This document shows, piece by piece, positions 17,388 to 21,045 of a stretch of 21,045 nucleotides of DNA. The position numbers and the translations under genes were made by a program. The stretch is from the NCBI GenBank assembly GCA_027001995.1, contig JALTLO010000054.1:1-21045 (forward strand). Direction: 5' to 3'. The stretch comes from Planctomycetota bacterium (GTDB lineage Bacteria; Planctomycetota; GCA-002687715; DRQF01). The notes below the pieces were generated by a model. That model saw only the letters and a program-made list of their open reading frames with translations. It made no database searches and was not told the origin of the DNA. The number at the start of each line of letters is the position of its first letter. Positions within the stretch are counted from its first letter, which is position 1.

Positions 17388-17681
17388 CCCTTATTCCTGT
17401 TTTCTTGTTCATCTCGTTTCTCGCGCACTAACGTAACTGAATAATCTTGCCTATCTTCTTTGTCATGGCTCCTTATCAATGCTGACTAAGTCGAATGCGT
17501 TGATTCGTCGAAGGCACTGTTCTTCATCATGTTTATCTTGATTCATCCAGGAATTATCTTCCACATAGCAGTTTTCTCTAGAAAGTTTGAAACGCTTGTC
17601 ACGAATTATCGCCCTAAGATTTGGAACAGGAGAACTGGGCTGACGTTGGCAAGACTCAAAACTTTGCAGTGGCAGTTTGGT

Positions 17682-17730
17682 GAAAAGTCGGGGTTGCGAT
17701 TCGGAGTCGAAGCGGCCGACTTTTCTTTCT
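17682..17730 (+). terminator. Terminator-like hairpin in intergenic/leader region
   Basis: Perfect 10-bp arms GAAAAGTCGG (17682-17691) / CCGACTTTTC (17716-17725), inner stem CGATT/AGTCG, followed by TTTCT. Confidence 0.45.
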
Positions 17731-17929
17731 CGCTATCTATTTGATTCCCACAACTGGTGTAGACGTTCCAATTTCTTGGTGCGCTGGCGACCGTGGTTTT
17801 GGCCATGGACTGGGCTGGTGTGCTTAAACCTAAACCACTTGCCGCGTTTGCGACAAGTCCGAGCTTTTCTTCTTGGGGATGAAAGGAAGAAACGCCTAAG
17901 TAAGTGAACTCATGGAAGGAAAAATTCAA

Positions 17930-19504
17930 ATGAGACAGATCGTAATTCTAATTGCGCTCACTGCATCCTTGATGCTCAGTGGTGCGCACAGTTTGATGGC
18001 ACAAATATCGCCATCGAGTCAAACTTCGGTTGGTGGCCAAGCGCCGATCGATCCAACACAAACATGTGATCGTTACTACGTTGATCCGAATAACGGGAGC
18101 GACGGAAATACCGGCTTGTCGGCGACACGAGCTTTCCAGACTATTACCCACGCCATCTCCGTTGCCAGTCTTTCTACCACAGATTCCGTGATTATGTTGC
18201 TGCCTGGGATTTACTCTCAAGTGACGAATTCGGAGTCATTTCCCTTGTTTCCGCACCACGGGATTTCGATTCAAGGAACGAATGCGCTGAACACTGTTCT
18301 GGACGCAGGTGGATCGAGCGATTGTTTTGTCCTCTTTCCAACAGGTATCGGCACCGATTTTGACGGCACTTATTTCGACGGTTTCTCCGTCAAATTTGCG
18401 ATCAATGCCTTTTATCTTCCAGAAGAAGGTGTTGGTATGAAGCCGACAATTTCTAACGTTTGCTTGATTGACAATCAGGTGGGCGTCCTCATGGAAGCCA
18501 TCGACCTTGAGGGTGATACATCACCCTATGACACCGATGGCAACGACTACATCGAGCATCGCCCACGGCTTGTAAACATGACTTTTGTTGACAATGGCGT
18601 CGGTATTCGAGACGTTGTCATCCCAGCGTTCCCTGCCACCGATGATTTCGGGGAAGCAGATCCGGCGATCGCCAATTGCCTCTTTGTTGGTAATGGCTTG
18701 GATTTGGATGGTTGTGACGCGAGCGATGTCAAGAATGACTCCGATATCTCATCCAACATTTTTTGCACCGCAAGCACTCGAATCAAGCCAGGTCGATTCA
18801 GCCCAATTGGTTGGGAGCTTCCATTCAATTGTGGTGCCGCCACCGCAGATGTCTTCATCAATCCAGTAACATGTGACTATAGGCTGAAGCCAACAATTGG
18901 GGGACCTGCGTTTACCTATCTGGTTGATCAGGGCATTGATCGCTTGGACAACCTCTCTTACCACATGGGATTGACGATGATCAAACCCAACGGTTCTTGC
19001 GGACAAAAGATCTGGGATGCGGACATGGAAGGTTTTTGCAATGATCGGATGGTGGGCTCTGGCCACGACATCGGTGCAGATGAATTAGGTGAACTTATTG
19101 TTTCAGGCTATCGTTTGGCAACAACTTCCTTTGCCCCTGGTGCAGTTGCAGAAGTGTGGGTGACGCCAGCGGCTGGTATGCCGAATCAGGTTTATAGCCC
19201 GGCCCGAACATGGAACGAGAGGCAAAACTTGGGTTACCTCAAGTGGCTCTCCTCTTCGACACCAGGCGCCAGGCCTCGTGGTACGAGCGCACCCAGTGTG
19301 AGTGGGTCATCCAGCGGGCTGGCATGTATCGCTAACTCCGGTTTAACTGTTGGCCCCGTGGGGCAGTCCTTTACGATCGGAACACCAGTCAGTGTTCCGG
19401 CTTTCGCGCTGTCACCAACTTCGCGCATCAATGAGCAGTACACGGTTTTGGTTCCAGGTGCTGGTCGATTCATCACCAACCTCCAAAGTTACATTGTGGA
19501 GTAG
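17930..19504 (+). CDS. Secreted DUF1565 / right-handed beta-helix protein
   Basis: ATG 17930 after GGAAGGA (track start 17912); signal peptide 'MRQIVILIALTASLMLSGAHSLMA-Q'; 'YYVDPNNGSDGNTG.S..RAFQTITHAI...IMLLPGIYS...ESFPL...ISIQG' (DUF1565 pattern); parallel beta-helix-like segments; 'DYRL...VDQG...D.EG...R..G...DIGADE' cap. Confidence 0.83.
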   Translation: MRQIVILIALTASLMLSGAHSLMAQISPSSQTSVGGQAPIDPTQTCDRYYVDPNNGSDGNTGLSATRAFQTITHAISVASLSTTDSVIMLLPGIYSQVTNSESFPLFPHHGISIQGTNALNTVLDAGGSSDCFVLFPTGIGTDFDGTYFDGFSVKFAINAFYLPEEGVGMKPTISNVCLIDNQVGVLMEAIDLEGDTSPYDTDGNDYIEHRPRLVNMTFVDNGVGIRDVVIPAFPATDDFGEADPAIANCLFVGNGLDLDGCDASDVKNDSDISSNIFCTASTRIKPGRFSPIGWELPFNCGAATADVFINPVTCDYRLKPTIGGPAFTYLVDQGIDRLDNLSYHMGLTMIKPNGSCGQKIWDADMEGFCNDRMVGSGHDIGADELGELIVSGYRLATTSFAPGAVAEVWVTPAAGMPNQVYSPARTWNERQNLGYLKWLSSSTPGARPRGTSAPSVSGSSSGLACIANSGLTVGPVGQSFTIGTPVSVPAFALSPTSRINEQYTVLVPGAGRFITNLQSYIVE

Positions 19505-19552
19505 TTCTATCTGAGGTTTTCGCTTTTTGACACGCCGATTGCGGGAAACTCA

Positions 19553-19596
19553 AGGCGAGCGGGTCGTTCTCAAGACGATCCGCTCGCCTCTTTGTT
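19553..19596 (+). terminator. Intrinsic terminator after DUF1565 gene
   Basis: AGGCGAGCGGGTCGT-TCTCAAG-ACGATCCGCTCGCCT, a 15-bp stem (one G-U), followed by CTTTGTT. Confidence 0.75.
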
Positions 19597-19809
19597 AAGG
19601 TCTGTGTTCCTAAGCCAGTTTTACTAAGTATGTTATGTTGGTCCGTCAGTTCCTCTTCTGTTGAGTAATTACGACTCTTCCATGGCCTTGGCCGATTGTG
19701 GGTCTAAGCCAGAATGAGCATACTGTGGATGCGGGGTGGGCCCGTTTTAATATCTGTGGATTGGTGAGTGGGAAGGGCCGTTGCCCTGGGACCCAATGGG
19801 CTGCGATTT

Positions 19810-21045
19810 ATGAACTTGATGTTGACGTTTCTGCGAGCCCGACCGAAGCAGACCATTGCGGTCTTTTTTGCTTTGCTTTTGGCCGGGGTGGCAGAAGGTT
19901 TGGGGTTCTCAGCCTTGCTGCCTTTTCTTGGAACTGTTGTGCGGGGGAGTGGCGAAGCGGGGTCAAGTGGGGCGTCTTCCGCGCCGCAGAATGGATTTGA
20001 GCGATCGGTAGTTGAGTTTATGGCCGATGTGGGGCTTGATCCTAGCATCGGTGTGCTTCTTTCTGTGGTCGTTTTAGGCACAGTTCTTAAGAATCTCCTG
20101 CTCTTGGAAGGCAAGAGGCGCGCCGGTTATGCAGCAGCCCAAGTGGCCACGGACATGCGCCACGCCATGCTTCGAGCGGTACTCAGGAGTAAGTGGGAAT
20201 ATTTTCTTACCCAACCCGTGGGCAAGATGAGCAATAGCATGGCTACGGAGGCTTTGCGTTCATCTCAGACTTTTGTCCGCGGGGTCACCCTCATCACCTT
20301 GTGGATTCAAGCGATTGTCTACTTCTGCGTGGCCATGGCTGTTTCTTGGCGGGCTACCTCAGTGAGTTTGGCGGCCGGGGCTGTCATCATGGGTATTTCG
20401 CATACACTGGTTCGCATGTCTCGGCGAGCTGGCGACAAGCAAACGAAGCTCTTGACCTCGTTGTTGACCACTTTAACGGACACACTCCAAAGCGTGAAAC
20501 CTCTCAAGGCTATGGCACGGGAGCACATGGCCGACAACGTCTTGGCCGGAACTACAGACAAGCTCAACAAAGCTATGCGCAAGCAAGTGTTTAGCTCGGC
20601 GCTCTTGGGCTCAACGCAAAACACTTTGATTGTCATGGTGGCTTCCGGGGGCATGTTTATTGCCTTGGTTCAGTTTCATGTGCCTTTGGCCACCGTCACG
20701 GTTTTGGTGATTGCACTCGAGCGATTTTTGACGGGAATGGGGAAAGCCCAGAAACAGTATCAAAAGGTCGTGGAAGGGGAGAGTGCCTTTTGGTCGATGA
20801 AGAAGTCCATCGACGAGGCAGAAGCTGCAGCGGAGCACTTGGGTGGTGGCAGCAAACCAACACTGAACAAAGAAATCACATTTCGAGATGTTGTTTTTGG
20901 TTACGGTGAACGGCCGATCATTCAGAAGGCCAACTTGACCATGAAAGTTGGCGAACTGACCACGGTGATCGGACCATCTGGTGCGGGGAAGACAACTCTT
21001 ATCGACCTTGTCATCGGTCTCTTGCGCCCTCAATCTGGCTTCGTA
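19810..21045 (+). CDS. ABC exporter, fused permease/ATPase (MsbA/HlyB superfamily), 3'-truncated by window edge
   Basis: Manually translated; not in the ORF track because it has no stop. MNLMLTFLRARPKQTIAVFFALLLAGVAEGLGFSALLPFL... TM domain, then NBD start 'ITFRDVVFGYGERPII...IGPSGAGKTTLIDLVIGLLRPQSG' with Walker A, in the same frame as ATG 19810. Confidence 0.92.
   Translation, partial: MNLMLTFLRARPKQTIAVFFALLLAGVAEGLGFSALLPFLGTVVRGSGEAGSSGASSAPQNGFERSVVEFMADVGLDPSIGVLLSVVVLGTVLKNLLLLEGKRRAGYAAAQVATDMRHAMLRAVLRSKWEYFLTQPVGKMSNSMATEALRSSQTFVRGVTLITLWIQAIVYFCVAMAVSWRATSVSLAAGAVIMGISHTLVRMSRRAGDKQTKLLTSLLTTLTDTLQSVKPLKAMAREHMADNVLAGTTDKLNKAMRKQVFSSALLGSTQNTLIVMVASGGMFIALVQFHVPLATVTVLVIALERFLTGMGKAQKQYQKVVEGESAFWSMKKSIDEAEAAAEHLGGGSKPTLNKEITFRDVVFGYGERPIIQKANLTMKVGELTTVIGPSGAGKTTLIDLVIGLLRPQSGFV

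Noticed and set aside
17640..17730. c-di-GMP riboswitch upstream of the DUF1565 gene
   Set aside because: The conserved GGCAAAC...GNRA...GCAAA pattern is not present.
17742..17751. TGATTCCCAC as attR copy of the tRNA 3' end (CGATTCCCCCCAC)
   Set aside because: Match is short and gapped; expected by chance.
19731..19740. GCGGGGTGGG resembling the reverse complement of the tRNA 3' end
   Set aside because: Wrong orientation for an att direct repeat, imperfect and short.
19698..21033. ORF-track ORFs 19698-20000, 19704-20114, 20301-20594, 20319-20654, 20611-21033
   Set aside because: Shadow frames of the real ABC transporter gene starting at 19810.
19810..21045. ABC exporter as the T1SS ATPase for the RTX protein
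   Set aside because: No C39-like N-terminal domain and no HlyD/TolC in the window. It is separated by a strong terminator, its N-terminus looks more like glycan-cluster MsbA-type exporters, and the RTX protein appears to have a signal peptide.
1..21045. CRISPR array, IS/transposase, integrase, integron attC sites
   Set aside because: No regularly spaced DNA repeats or recombinase/transposase motifs seen. The TPR and RTX repeats are protein-level and degenerate in DNA.

Overview
Bacterial chromosomal window, probably from Planctomycetota (inferred from the ECF sigma/Ser-Thr kinase pair and the secreted-protein motifs). The left flank holds a 5'-truncated YfhO-like membrane protein, a convergent ychJ (SEC-C) gene and tRNA-Gly(TCC). 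An accessory region of about 17 kb follows the tRNA. It contains (i) an EcoKI-like Type I R-M operon hsdR-hsdM-hsdS, translationally coupled to a fourth gene encoding a HARE-HTH/winged-helix/Mrr-type nuclease; (ii) a decayed secreted-protein gene remnant; (iii) a divergent ECF-type sigma factor followed by a membrane Ser/Thr kinase with about 15 TPR repeats; (iv) two divergently oriented, signal-peptide-bearing proteins (RTX/hemolysin Ca-binding repeats; DUF1565/beta-helix), separated by a probable sigma region-4 remnant. The right flank is a 3'-truncated ABC exporter that the ORF track missed. No integrase, att duplication, transposase or CRISPR array was seen. The best candidates for uncharacterised systems are the ECF-kinase-secreted protein module and the Type I RM + multi-HTH Mrr operon. 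All calls come from motif recognition by eye; no database searches were run.
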